A stretch of 64,000 bases of DNA from Nitrospirota bacterium. Lineage in GTDB: Bacteria > Nitrospirota > Thermodesulfovibrionia > Thermodesulfovibrionales > Dissulfurispiraceae. The position numbers and the translations under genes are program-made. This document shows positions 31,452 to 39,959 of this stretch, one piece after another. Positions within the stretch are counted from its first letter, which is position 1. Each line of letters starts with the position of its first letter. The stretch is from the NCBI GenBank assembly GCA_040758355.1, contig JBFLWF010000012.1, forward strand, positions 1 to 64,000. Direction: 5' to 3'. The notes under the pieces are model-generated. The model had not been told where the DNA came from. It made no database searches and saw only the letters and a list, made by a program, of their open reading frames with translations.

Positions 31452-31907
31452 CTACAGTCCATAACCTGCAAGCACCGACTCATACGCCTTTGCATCAACC
31501 TTCTTTGGATCGGTCACATCGCTCCATGAAGCCTTATCCCATATCTCTATCTTGTCCAGTTGTCCGACTATGACGACCTCTGTATTTATCCCGGCATCCT
31601 GCCTGTGCTCGTAGGGAATGAGTATCCTTCCCTGTTTGTCCATCTCGCACTCGATGGCGGATGCGATAACGCGCCTCAAAAAATACTTTACGGCCTCTTC
31701 CATCTTTGGCATTGACCGTATCTTTTCCTCCAGCTTGTTCCATTCATCAAGCGGATATATATGCAGACACTTGTCAAATGCGGCATTTGTGATATATAGT
31801 TTTGAATTAGTGTATTTTTTGGAGATGATGTCGCGGAGAGGAGCAGGGATAATGATTCTTCCCTTAGGGTCTAAGGTGTAGTAATATTTGCCCAAAAACG
31901 AGGTCAT
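31452..31907 (-). CDS. mraZ: Transcriptional regulator MraZ
   Basis: Two DxxGR motifs (LDPKGRIIIP, MDKQGRILIP), IEIWD. Confidence 0.96.
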   Translation of the reverse strand: MTSFLGKYYYTLDPKGRIIIPAPLRDIISKKYTNSKLYITNAAFDKCLHIYPLDEWNKLEEKIRSMPKMEEAVKYFLRRVIASAIECEMDKQGRILIPYEHRQDAGINTEVVIVGQLDKIEIWDKASWSDVTDPKKVDAKAYESVLAGYGL

Positions 31908-31918
31908 TCCCTTTTCCT

Positions 31919-31942
31919 CCACTTTATACCACTTTTTACCAC
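31919..31942 (-). promoter_or_regulatory. MraZ-binding repeats
   Basis: Three GTGG boxes at 10-bp periodicity (GTGGtaaaaaGTGGtataaaGTGG) directly upstream of mraZ. Confidence 0.8.
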
Positions 31943-32069
31943 AATGAAATGATATTTATAAAAAATAGGGATTGTCAAGAAAAAAATGCATTTTTTCAAA
32001 AATTTCCATATTATGTGGTATTTTTTTAGAAAAAATACTATATATTGGGCAATATGATAGGGGTATAAG

Positions 32070-33227
32070 GTGTTTTTTGAGGAATTGGAAAGGCTGCGAC
32101 AGGATAATCTACTCAGGCAGATAAGGGACAGAGGACCCGCTTGCGCCTCTGCAAAGATATTGATAAATGGCGTTGAACACATAAACTTCTCATCCAATGA
32201 TTACCTCGGACTTGCGAATCACCCATCCATAACAGAAGCCGCAAAAAAAGCACTGGATAAATATGGATTCGGCTCAGGCGCATCAAGGCTTTTATCAGGA
32301 GGGACAGAATTACATAGCGCGTTGGAAAGAAAGATAGCTGAATTCAAAGGCGCAGAGGCCGCATTGACATTTAATTCAGGATATACAGCAAATATAAGCG
32401 CCATCCCAACTCTTGCAGGCGAAGGGGATGTCATTTTCAGCGATGAACTCAACCATGCAAGCATCATCGACGGATGCAGATTAAGCAGGGCAAAAAAGGC
32501 GATTTACAGACACAGGGATGTGGAGCACCTCTCGGAATTAATAAAAAAGGAAAAGGGAAAAAGAAAGGTAATAATCACAGACACCGTATTCAGCATGGAC
32601 GGAGATGTTGCACCAATAAAGGATATATATGAACTCTGTCATTCTCTAAACTCAGAACTCCAAACCCCTAACTCTGTACTCTTATACATAGACGATGCAC
32701 ACGGAACAGGCGTACTGGGCAATGGCAGAGGCGCATTATCACATTTTGGAATAAAACCCGATCCTCAAATAATCCAGATGGGGACATTCTCAAAGGCCCT
32801 CGGCTCCTACGGCGCATTCATTGCCGCTGACAAGAATATAATAGACTGGCTTACAAACACAGCAAGGGGATTTATCTATTCAACAGCCATTCCTGCATGC
32901 ATAGTTGCTGCATCAATAGAGGCATTGAAAATCCTGCAAAACGATTCATCTCTTGTGAAAAAATTGTGGCAGAATCGGGAAAGGCTTTTCAAAGGAATCA
33001 GGGATTTAGACTTTGATACAATGGACAGCGAAACACCCATAATACCCATTGTAGTAGGCGATACCACCACCACACTGAAATTCTCGGAATTACTTATGAG
33101 CCACAATATCTATGCCCCTGCCATAAGGCCCCCGACAGTAAAAATACCAAGATTAAGGGTTACGGTCACAGCAGCACACACAGAAGATGATATTGATAAA
33201 CTGCTGAAAGTACTGACAGTTGCATAA
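32070..33227 (+). CDS. bioF: 8-amino-7-oxononanoate synthase
   Basis: SSNDYLGL, GSGASRL, NHASIIDG, FSMDGD, DDAHG, GTFSKALG, IRPPTV. Confidence 0.92.
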   Translation: MFFEELERLRQDNLLRQIRDRGPACASAKILINGVEHINFSSNDYLGLANHPSITEAAKKALDKYGFGSGASRLLSGGTELHSALERKIAEFKGAEAALTFNSGYTANISAIPTLAGEGDVIFSDELNHASIIDGCRLSRAKKAIYRHRDVEHLSELIKKEKGKRKVIITDTVFSMDGDVAPIKDIYELCHSLNSELQTPNSVLLYIDDAHGTGVLGNGRGALSHFGIKPDPQIIQMGTFSKALGSYGAFIAADKNIIDWLTNTARGFIYSTAIPACIVAASIEALKILQNDSSLVKKLWQNRERLFKGIRDLDFDTMDSETPIIPIVVGDTTTTLKFSELLMSHNIYAPAIRPPTVKIPRLRVTVTAAHTEDDIDKLLKVLTVA

Positions 33228-33229
33228 TC

Positions 33230-33289
33230 AAGCAAAGCAGGCACGGCTTCAAAACCGCCGCCCTCTTTTCATTCATGCCTGCTTTGCTT
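33230..33289. repeat. 14-bp inverted-repeat hairpin after bioF (possible terminator; repeat-family member)
   Basis: AAGCAAAGCAGGCA...TGCCTGCTTTGCTT; 33234-33253 is 19/20 identical to 7125-7144. Confidence 0.75.
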
Positions 33290-33298
33290 TTACCTAAA

Positions 33299-33496
33299 TT
33301 GAGCGATTCTAATCTAAAAATATATGTCAGGTGCTGCGAAAAGACTTTAAACCCGCACTTATAAAAACATTTATCTCGTATCCGTCATCTACTACATTGG
33401 ATATTTGTTGGATGATGCATTTATTATCTCTCATATTCACTTGAACCAACACTTTTTAAAGTCTTTGAGCAGTGCCTGACATATAAAATCACTCAA
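33299..33496 (+). repeat. ~200-nt structured dispersed element, copy B
   Basis: Homologous to copy A, with a compensatory change (GCTGC/GCAGT vs GCGGC/GCCGT). Confidence 0.92.
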
Positions 33497-33558
33497 CTTT
33501 TGGCAACGAATTATTGTCATTTGCCAAATAAACACGTTTCTGTTATATTTTTATCTCT

Positions 33559-34569
33559 ATGAATTATCCCAATAGCTATATATCGGTTATAGGCGCCGGA
33601 AGCTGGGGAACCACCCTCGCCTCGCTCCTCGCAGAAAAAGGCTATGACGTAACATTGTGGGCATACGAAAAGGATCTGGCGGAACACATCAACAAAGAAA
33701 GGGTGAATAATATTTATCTGCCAGATGTGGTTATATCAGAGAACTTAAGGGCTACCCATGATATTGCTGAGGCAGTAACGAATTCCCGCTACATATTAAA
33801 CGTTGTCCCGACCCAGCACATAAGATCCATATTCACACAGGCCAAACCTTATATAAGGGACGAATCCATCATCATAAGCGCATCAAAAGGCATAGAGAAC
33901 AATACGCTGCTGACCCCATCAATGATAATAAAGGAAATTCTGAACAAACCGGTCTCCGTCCTTTCAGGCCCGAGCTTTGCAAAAGAGGTAATAGCAAAAA
34001 TGCCGACTGCAGTGACCCTCGCAACAGAAGACAGGAAGACAGGCCTGCTCCTTCAGGAGGTGTTCAATACAGACTACTTCAGGGTATATACCCACGATGA
34101 CGTGATCGGCGCAGAGATAGGCGGCGCTCTAAAAAATGTGATAGCAATCGCAGCAGGCATCTGTGACGGACTCGGGCTCGGGCATAATTCAAGGGCAGCA
34201 TTGATAACAAGGGGCCTTTCTGAAATAGCAAGGCTGGGCATCAGCATGAATGCGAAAGAAATTACATTCTCCGGTTTAAGCGGCCTCGGAGACCTTGTAT
34301 TAACCTGTACAGGCCCGTTGTCGAGGAACTACTCTGTAGGATATAAGCTTGGACAGGGATTAACGTTATCAGAGATCATAAGCCAGACAAGGTCTGTCGC
34401 CGAAGGAGTGACTACAACGCTTTCTGCATATGACCTCTCAAAAAAATATGCTATAGATATGCCCATAACAGAGCAGGTATATCTCACCCTCTATAAAGAG
34501 AAACCGCCTAAAGAAGCTGTCAGGGATCTTATGAACCGCACACTGAAATCCGAATTCTATGGATATTAA
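33559..34569 (+). CDS. gpsA: NAD(P)H-dependent glycerol-3-phosphate dehydrogenase
   Basis: GAGSWGT, SKGIE, SGPSFA, GGALKNVIA, GLGDLVLTC, SRN. Confidence 0.96.
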   Translation: MNYPNSYISVIGAGSWGTTLASLLAEKGYDVTLWAYEKDLAEHINKERVNNIYLPDVVISENLRATHDIAEAVTNSRYILNVVPTQHIRSIFTQAKPYIRDESIIISASKGIENNTLLTPSMIIKEILNKPVSVLSGPSFAKEVIAKMPTAVTLATEDRKTGLLLQEVFNTDYFRVYTHDDVIGAEIGGALKNVIAIAAGICDGLGLGHNSRAALITRGLSEIARLGISMNAKEITFSGLSGLGDLVLTCTGPLSRNYSVGYKLGQGLTLSEIISQTRSVAEGVTTTLSAYDLSKKYAIDMPITEQVYLTLYKEKPPKEAVRDLMNRTLKSEFYGY

Positions 34570-35296
34570 GAAATTAGAATCACTCCTTAACGACGTAAGA
34601 AACGGCAAAACATCCATAGACAAGGCGCTCGATACACTCAAACATCTGCCTTACGAGGATATGGACTTTGCAAAGATAGACCATCACAGGGGCATAAGAA
34701 ACGGCGTTCCTGAAGTGATATTCGCAAAGAACAAGAAAACAGACAATGTGGTGGCCATAGCAAATGCAATGCTGAAAAAAAGCGGAAGATTTCTCATCAC
34801 GAAGGCTTCAGAAGAGATATACAGGGCATTAAACTTAAAAAAAGCAAAGTTCTATCCTGAATCAAAAATCATCTCTTATGGGGAAACAAAAAATAAAAAG
34901 GGCCACATCCTCATCGTTTCAGCGGGAACATCAGATATACCGGTAGCAGAAGAGGCAGAAGCGACGGCATCTTTCCTGGGCAGCAGGACAGAAAGACTAT
35001 ATGATGTTGGAGTTGCAGGAATTCATAGGCTCCTGAGCCACAGAAAATTAATACAAAAGGCAAGGGTTATAGTAGTAGTTGCCGGAATGGAGGGGGCGCT
35101 GCCTTCGGTCGTTGGAGGAATCACTGATAAGCCGGTCATAGCAGTGCCCACATCCGTGGGTTACGGAACAAGCCTTGGAGGACTTACAGCATTATTTGCA
35201 ATGCTCAACTCATGCGTTCCAGGCATTGCTGTCGTAAATATAGACAATGGCTTCGGGGCAGGATGTCTTGCGCATAAGATAAATATAATTTGCTAA
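34559..35296 (+). CDS. larB: Nickel pincer cofactor biosynthesis protein LarB (PurE-like)
   Basis: AKIDHHR, AGTSDIPVAEEA, DVGVAGIHRL, AGMEGALPS, VPTSVGYG, VNIDNGFGA. Confidence 0.9.
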   Translation: MDIKKLESLLNDVRNGKTSIDKALDTLKHLPYEDMDFAKIDHHRGIRNGVPEVIFAKNKKTDNVVAIANAMLKKSGRFLITKASEEIYRALNLKKAKFYPESKIISYGETKNKKGHILIVSAGTSDIPVAEEAEATASFLGSRTERLYDVGVAGIHRLLSHRKLIQKARVIVVVAGMEGALPSVVGGITDKPVIAVPTSVGYGTSLGGLTALFAMLNSCVPGIAVVNIDNGFGAGCLAHKINIIC

Positions 35297-35320
35297 ACTT
35301 ACAGCTTAGCAGGAAGGTCC

Positions 35321-35542
35321 TCAGCCACCGCCAAAGCCGCCAAATCCTCCTGAAGAACCAAAGGATGTACTTCCGCCGCCACCAAAGCCTCCAATGGAGC
35401 AACAGCTAAAAGCCGAAACCTTCTTTTTTACGTCATTGGAGCCGCATTTCGGACATCTTGTATCTTTTTCGCTGGCATTTACGCTCTGGAATACCGAGAA
35501 AACTTCGTTGCATTTAGTGCAGGCATATTCATAGATAGGCAT
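35321..35542 (-). CDS. FmdB family zinc-ribbon protein
   Basis: MPIYEYACTKC...CPKCGS, Gly-rich tail; GGAGG RBS. Confidence 0.85.
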   Translation of the reverse strand: MPIYEYACTKCNEVFSVFQSVNASEKDTRCPKCGSNDVKKKVSAFSCCSIGGFGGGGSTSFGSSGGFGGFGGG

Positions 35543-35609
35543 AATAAAGAAACCTCCTGATAAAAATCTATTGTTTAATAATTGCATATTAATATATCTA
35601 AAGTCAAAT

Positions 35610-35969
35610 TTAATAGGGCGATTTCTGCCGGATTACCGACAGCAAGTCGTGGAGATAAAATGGTTTGTGAAGAAAGGCATCTGCCCCGGCATCGAGAAAA
35701 ACCCTTTCATCGCAATCGGCACTAATACCGATTATCAAAGAGTGCGGGCATTGTGAGCGCATTATCTTTGTAAGCTCTATCCCGTTCATCCCGGGCATGG
35801 CATAATCGGTAATGACTATGTCAAAGTCCGATGCTTTCAGGAGATCGAGGGCAGAAACCCCGTCATTGGCAGCCTGCACATCAAAGCCGTGAAGACGAAG
35901 GACATCGAAAAGAAATTTCCTGACCATTTCATCGTCATCTGCAACAAGAACTGTCTTCTGCTTTTTCAT
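35610..35969 (-). CDS. Single-domain response regulator (CheY-like)
   Basis: VLVADDD, ITDYAMPGMNG, ISA, FLHKPF. Confidence 0.88.
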   Translation of the reverse strand: MKKQKTVLVADDDEMVRKFLFDVLRLHGFDVQAANDGVSALDLLKASDFDIVITDYAMPGMNGIELTKIMRSQCPHSLIIGISADCDERVFLDAGADAFLHKPFYLHDLLSVIRQKSPY

Positions 35970-36117
35970 ATACAATCGGATAGAGCCTTCATAAAGACTT
36001 CATAAAAATATACAATTATAGGTTGTATTTGTCAATACTTTTTACAACCTTTGATTTATAGACTTCACTGCAATCTTACCTATAGACTTCTTAAACAATT
36101 CCAGTCAGGCGGATTAT

Positions 36118-36480
36118 ATGAGAAGAACAGCCGGATATAAAAGGAAAACAACCGGCCAGATCGTGAAGGAATACCGGAAGGCAAAGGGCATATCCCAGAT
36201 GGATCTGGCAGAGGTTATCGGCGTGTCGTATCAACAGGTGCAGAAATACGAAAAGGGAACCAACAGGATAAGCGTCGACAGGCTTAAACAGATAGCAAAG
36301 GCACTCGATGTGCCCATAAACGAATTCTTTTCTCCGGAGAAACTGGTGGTCTCAGAAACACGGGCAGCTTACGGAAAGATAACGGACGATGAGCAGCTCC
36401 TGCTGCATTTATTCAGGGAGATAAAAGATAAAAAGGTAAAGAAAGCTGTTATCGAATTTATAAAGGCAGTGGCAAAATAG
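36118..36480 (+). CDS. XRE-family HTH transcriptional regulator
   Basis: SQMDLAEVIGVSYQQVQKYEKGTNRIS. Confidence 0.92.
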   Translation: MRRTAGYKRKTTGQIVKEYRKAKGISQMDLAEVIGVSYQQVQKYEKGTNRISVDRLKQIAKALDVPINEFFSPEKLVVSETRAAYGKITDDEQLLLHLFREIKDKKVKKAVIEFIKAVAK

Positions 36481-36482
36481 GA

Positions 36483-36926
36483 TTAAAGCTCCATCATCAT
36501 GATAACCGCATCCTCTGCTGGATTTACATAATAACCCTTCCTTACGCCGACCATGTTGAATCCAAACTTCTCATAGAGCTTCCTTGCAGCATAATTGGAT
36601 GACCTCACCTCGAGATAAAAAAACCTGCAGCCCTCTATCCTTAATTCCTGAATCACGTCATCGAGCAGCGCCCTTGCAATGCCGCGCCTTCTGTAATCGG
36701 GGTGCACAGCCAGATCGAGGAGATGGCATTCATCCGCCACATGCTTTACGCAGATATATCCCACAACAACTCCATTAAGCTCTGCAACCCTTGTAACCGA
36801 ATACCTGCTGTAAATCTCGCTGCGGAATGATGTCTCCGACCATGGCGTACTGAAAGAGAGCCTTTCGATGCTTACGATTTCAGGGATATCATCTGGATAC
36901 ATTTCACGGATGTATACGGTATTCAT
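36483..36926 (-). CDS. rimI: Ribosomal protein alanine N-acetyltransferase
   Basis: FSTPWS, RRRGIA, LEVRSSN, LYEKFGF, RKGYY, EDA; adjacent to tsaB. Confidence 0.9.
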   Translation of the reverse strand: MNTVYIREMYPDDIPEIVSIERLSFSTPWSETSFRSEIYSRYSVTRVAELNGVVVGYICVKHVADECHLLDLAVHPDYRRRGIARALLDDVIQELRIEGCRFFYLEVRSSNYAARKLYEKFGFNMVGVRKGYYVNPAEDAVIMMMEL

Positions 36927-37606
36927 GAACCAAGCTTTATTTCTGCTTCCGATTTCCTGATGTACAGTGGCACAAGTTTTATGGGGTCTTCAAACTCGCC
37001 CTTTTTTGCTTTTATCATACCGATATATGCAACATTGGCAGGCGAAGGTACCATATCCTGCGGATTTCCGAATATAGCCGAATCGTTAAGCCATGCTTTA
37101 ATGCTGTCTTTATAGATGATCGAGCCCTCCCCTAAAAAAATTGTGGGCTCATTTATCCCTGAGAGAAGAACATCTATTTTGATTGTCTGTTCATTCATGG
37201 CCCTTGCAAAGCCATTTCCATTCCACCTGAATATCCCTGCGTAAACCTCTTTCTTGCGCGCATCGAGGAGTGGACAAACCTGATATTTGCTGAACGGCAT
37301 ATTCCATGCAAATGCCTCAAGGGTTGCAACAGAGACGAGCTTTTTCCCTGTGGCATATACGAGTCCTTTTACAGTACTGAGTCCGACCCTGAGTCCTGTA
37401 AATGAACCAGGCCCAATGGCAATGGCAAAGACATCTATGTCGTCTATTTTCATACCGGACTGTATTAATATATGGTCTATTGCACCCATTATGCGCTCCG
37501 AGTGCGTGACCTTCACATTTATCCGCGACTCGGCAATAAGGGTGTCATCCTCCATTATCGCCACGCCTCCAACCATTGTGGATGTCTCTATTGATAGTAG
37601 TTTCAT
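36923..37606 (-). CDS. tsaB: tRNA t6A biosynthesis protein TsaB
   Basis: IETST, HSE, GPGSFTGLRVG, DARKKEVY, PLYIRKSEAE. Confidence 0.94.
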   Translation of the reverse strand: MKLLSIETSTMVGGVAIMEDDTLIAESRINVKVTHSERIMGAIDHILIQSGMKIDDIDVFAIAIGPGSFTGLRVGLSTVKGLVYATGKKLVSVATLEAFAWNMPFSKYQVCPLLDARKKEVYAGIFRWNGNGFARAMNEQTIKIDVLLSGINEPTIFLGEGSIIYKDSIKAWLNDSAIFGNPQDMVPSPANVAYIGMIKAKKGEFEDPIKLVPLYIRKSEAEIKLGS

Positions 37607-37639
37607 GCCGCCTCTCTTCTGAATAATCTCAAACTTAAA

Positions 37640-37839
37640 TTGAGCGATTCTAATTTAGAAATATATGTCAGGTGCGGCGAAAAGACTTTAAACTCCGCAC
37701 TTGTACATACATATATCTTGTATCCGTATTCTACAACATTGAATACTTGTTAGGTGATACACTTTATAATCTCTTATATACACTTGAGCCAACACTTTTT
37801 AAAGTCTTTGAGCCGTGCCTGACATATAATATCGCTTAA
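37640..37839 (+). repeat. ~200-nt structured dispersed element, copy C (overlaps the MFS 3' end)
   Basis: Closely similar to copy A over both arms and the internal core. Confidence 0.92.
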
Positions 37840-39025
37840 ATCGGATTGAAAATATTATACTGCCGGCAATACACAGCAGTGCAAAAATCTTCAGCGAAGC
37901 AATCGTGCCAAAAGAGTGCGCAGTAATGCCTATGATGGAATTCCCTACAGGCGCAAAGCCCAGAAAGACAAGGGTGTACAGGCTCATCACCCTTCCCCTT
38001 AGTGCATCTGGCACTGCATGCTGTATAAAACTGTTGCTTACAGCAAGAAAGCTCACAATACCCCATCCTGCAAAAAATATAAGAAGCATGGAGAGGTGGA
38101 GATCCATTGAAAATGGTATTATTAAAATAGCCAGGGAAAAGACAAAAGCCGAAAGCGGGATATATAAATCTTTCCTTTTCACTTCACCTTTAAATGCGAT
38201 CATCATCGCTGCAAGAAAGGAGCCTGCGCCTGCCGAGGCAACAAGAAAACTCAGGCCTTTTGCCCCGACATTCAATACCTCGCCCGCGAGCACAGGCAAA
38301 AGAGTGATATATGGCACGCCAAAGAGGCTGAATACCGCTATCAGGGACATGATGTATAAGACAGGCTTTTCCTTTGTTATAAACCTCCATCCATCTGCTA
38401 TGTCCTTCCAGATATTGCCTTCATAGGACTTTATCATCCCCCTGGCTTTTATTTTTGAGAGTGCGAAAATTACAGGGATAAAACTCGCTGCATTAAGATA
38501 AAAACAGGCAGGGATGCCCACACTGGAGATTATGAACCCTGCTATCACAGGCCCGACAATCCGCGCTCCGTTGAAGGCTGCCGAGTTAAGGGCGATGGCA
38601 TTGGTGATGTCTGCCTTGCCGACCACTTCTGCAAGGAATGCCTGCCTTGCAGGCACATCAAACGCGTTCACAGTACCTAAAAAAGTAGCGACAACCCCAA
38701 CGTGCCAGACGGTTATTATATTTTTATCGGCAAGGATTGCCACAGTAAGGGCAGGAATAACAGACAGTATCTGGGTAATAATAAGGATATTCCTTTTTGG
38801 ATACCTGTCGGCAACCATCCCGCCAAAGAGCGTAAATAAAAGAATAGGCAGGGAAGAGAGCGATGCGATAATGCCGAGGTAGAGGGGAGACTTCGTAAGA
38901 GAGTACACAAGCCAGCTCTGGGCAACGGAATGCATCCATGTGCCTGAAAGGGATATTATCTGTCCGAGCCAGAAGAGCCTGAAGTCCCTGACGTATAATG
39001 CCGGGAATCTCTGTCCGTTGTCCAT
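37799..39025 (-). CDS. MFS transporter (MefA/EntS-like)
   Basis: FRLFWLGQIIS, GGMVADR, PARQ, LRGRVMS; about 12 hydrophobic segments. Confidence 0.9.
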   Translation of the reverse strand: MDNGQRFPALYVRDFRLFWLGQIISLSGTWMHSVAQSWLVYSLTKSPLYLGIIASLSSLPILLFTLFGGMVADRYPKRNILIITQILSVIPALTVAILADKNIITVWHVGVVATFLGTVNAFDVPARQAFLAEVVGKADITNAIALNSAAFNGARIVGPVIAGFIISSVGIPACFYLNAASFIPVIFALSKIKARGMIKSYEGNIWKDIADGWRFITKEKPVLYIMSLIAVFSLFGVPYITLLPVLAGEVLNVGAKGLSFLVASAGAGSFLAAMMIAFKGEVKRKDLYIPLSAFVFSLAILIIPFSMDLHLSMLLIFFAGWGIVSFLAVSNSFIQHAVPDALRGRVMSLYTLVFLGFAPVGNSIIGITAHSFGTIASLKIFALLCIAGSIIFSIRFKRYYMSGTAQRL

Positions 39026-39065
39026 GTGTTATTATATCAATATTGAGTTTATTTCGGAGGCATAA

Positions 39066-39959
39066 ATGAAAAAAGCTTTTGTCTTCCTGTTTTTGCTCAT
39101 CTCTCTGTCTTTTGCCCATACCGTCCTTGCAGAACCTGTAAAAGTCGTTGTCTCCATCCATCCCCTTTATGACATAACAAAGCAGATAGGAAAGGATAAG
39201 GTTAGTGTAAAGACACTGCTTCCTCCTGCTGCATCTCCTCACACATTTGAGCCCACGCCAAAACAGATGATGGAACTCCACGATGCAAAAATATTTATCA
39301 AAATAGGAGCAGGCCTTGAGTTCTGGGCAGACAGGATTGTGAAGGCTGCCTCTAATAAAAACCTTATGGCCGTGGATCTGTCAAAAGACATGCCCCTCAT
39401 ACACAGCACGCATAAGCATGAGCATAAGCATGAACATGCGGGGCAAGCAGCGGACCCCCATTTCTGGCTCGACCCTGTGCTGACAAAGAATATCGTGGAC
39501 AAAATAGCAAGTACACTTATAAAGGTGGATGCCCAGAACAAAAAGTTTTATATGGATAACGCAGAAACCTATAAGAAAGAACTCGATAAACTGAACGAAG
39601 AGATAATACAGAAGGTCGGCACATTTAAGACAAAGGGATATGTCACATTTCATCCTGCATGGAATTATTTTTCGAAAAGATACGGGCTGCGGGTCATTGG
39701 AGTTATTGAAGAGGCTCCAGGAAGAGAACCAGCGCCGGGAGATGTTGCACGCATAATAAAAGATTTAAAGAAATCAGATATCCGTGTGGTCTTTGCAGAG
39801 CCGCAGTTTAACCCCAAAATCGCAGAGGCAATAGCAAAGGAGGCCAATGCAAAAGTCCTGTTCCTCGATCCAATCGGCGCATCCAATGCCCCTGACAGAG
39901 ATTCCTATCTTAAACTCATGCGTTACAACATTTCACAGATGGAAAGGGCGATGAAATGA
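39066..39959 (+). CDS. znuA: Zn/Mn ABC transporter substrate-binding protein
   Basis: SPHTFEP, His-rich loop HKHEHKHEH, DPHFWLDP, FHPAWNYF, EPQF. Confidence 0.85.
   Translation: MKKAFVFLFLLISLSFAHTVLAEPVKVVVSIHPLYDITKQIGKDKVSVKTLLPPAASPHTFEPTPKQMMELHDAKIFIKIGAGLEFWADRIVKAASNKNLMAVDLSKDMPLIHSTHKHEHKHEHAGQAADPHFWLDPVLTKNIVDKIASTLIKVDAQNKKFYMDNAETYKKELDKLNEEIIQKVGTFKTKGYVTFHPAWNYFSKRYGLRVIGVIEEAPGREPAPGDVARIIKDLKKSDIRVVFAEPQFNPKIAEAIAKEANAKVLFLDPIGASNAPDRDSYLKLMRYNISQMERAMK

Noticed and set aside
31972..32020. Palindrome AAAAAATGCATTTTTT upstream of bioF as a BirA operator
   Set aside because: Low-complexity A/T sequence that does not match TGTAAACC-N14/16-GGTTTACA
34559..35296. larB as evidence of a lactate racemase operon
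   Set aside because: No larA/larC/larE in the window; dispersed lar genes are common
39411..39437. CATAAGCATGAG repeat in znuA
   Set aside because: Encodes the normal His-rich metal-binding loop
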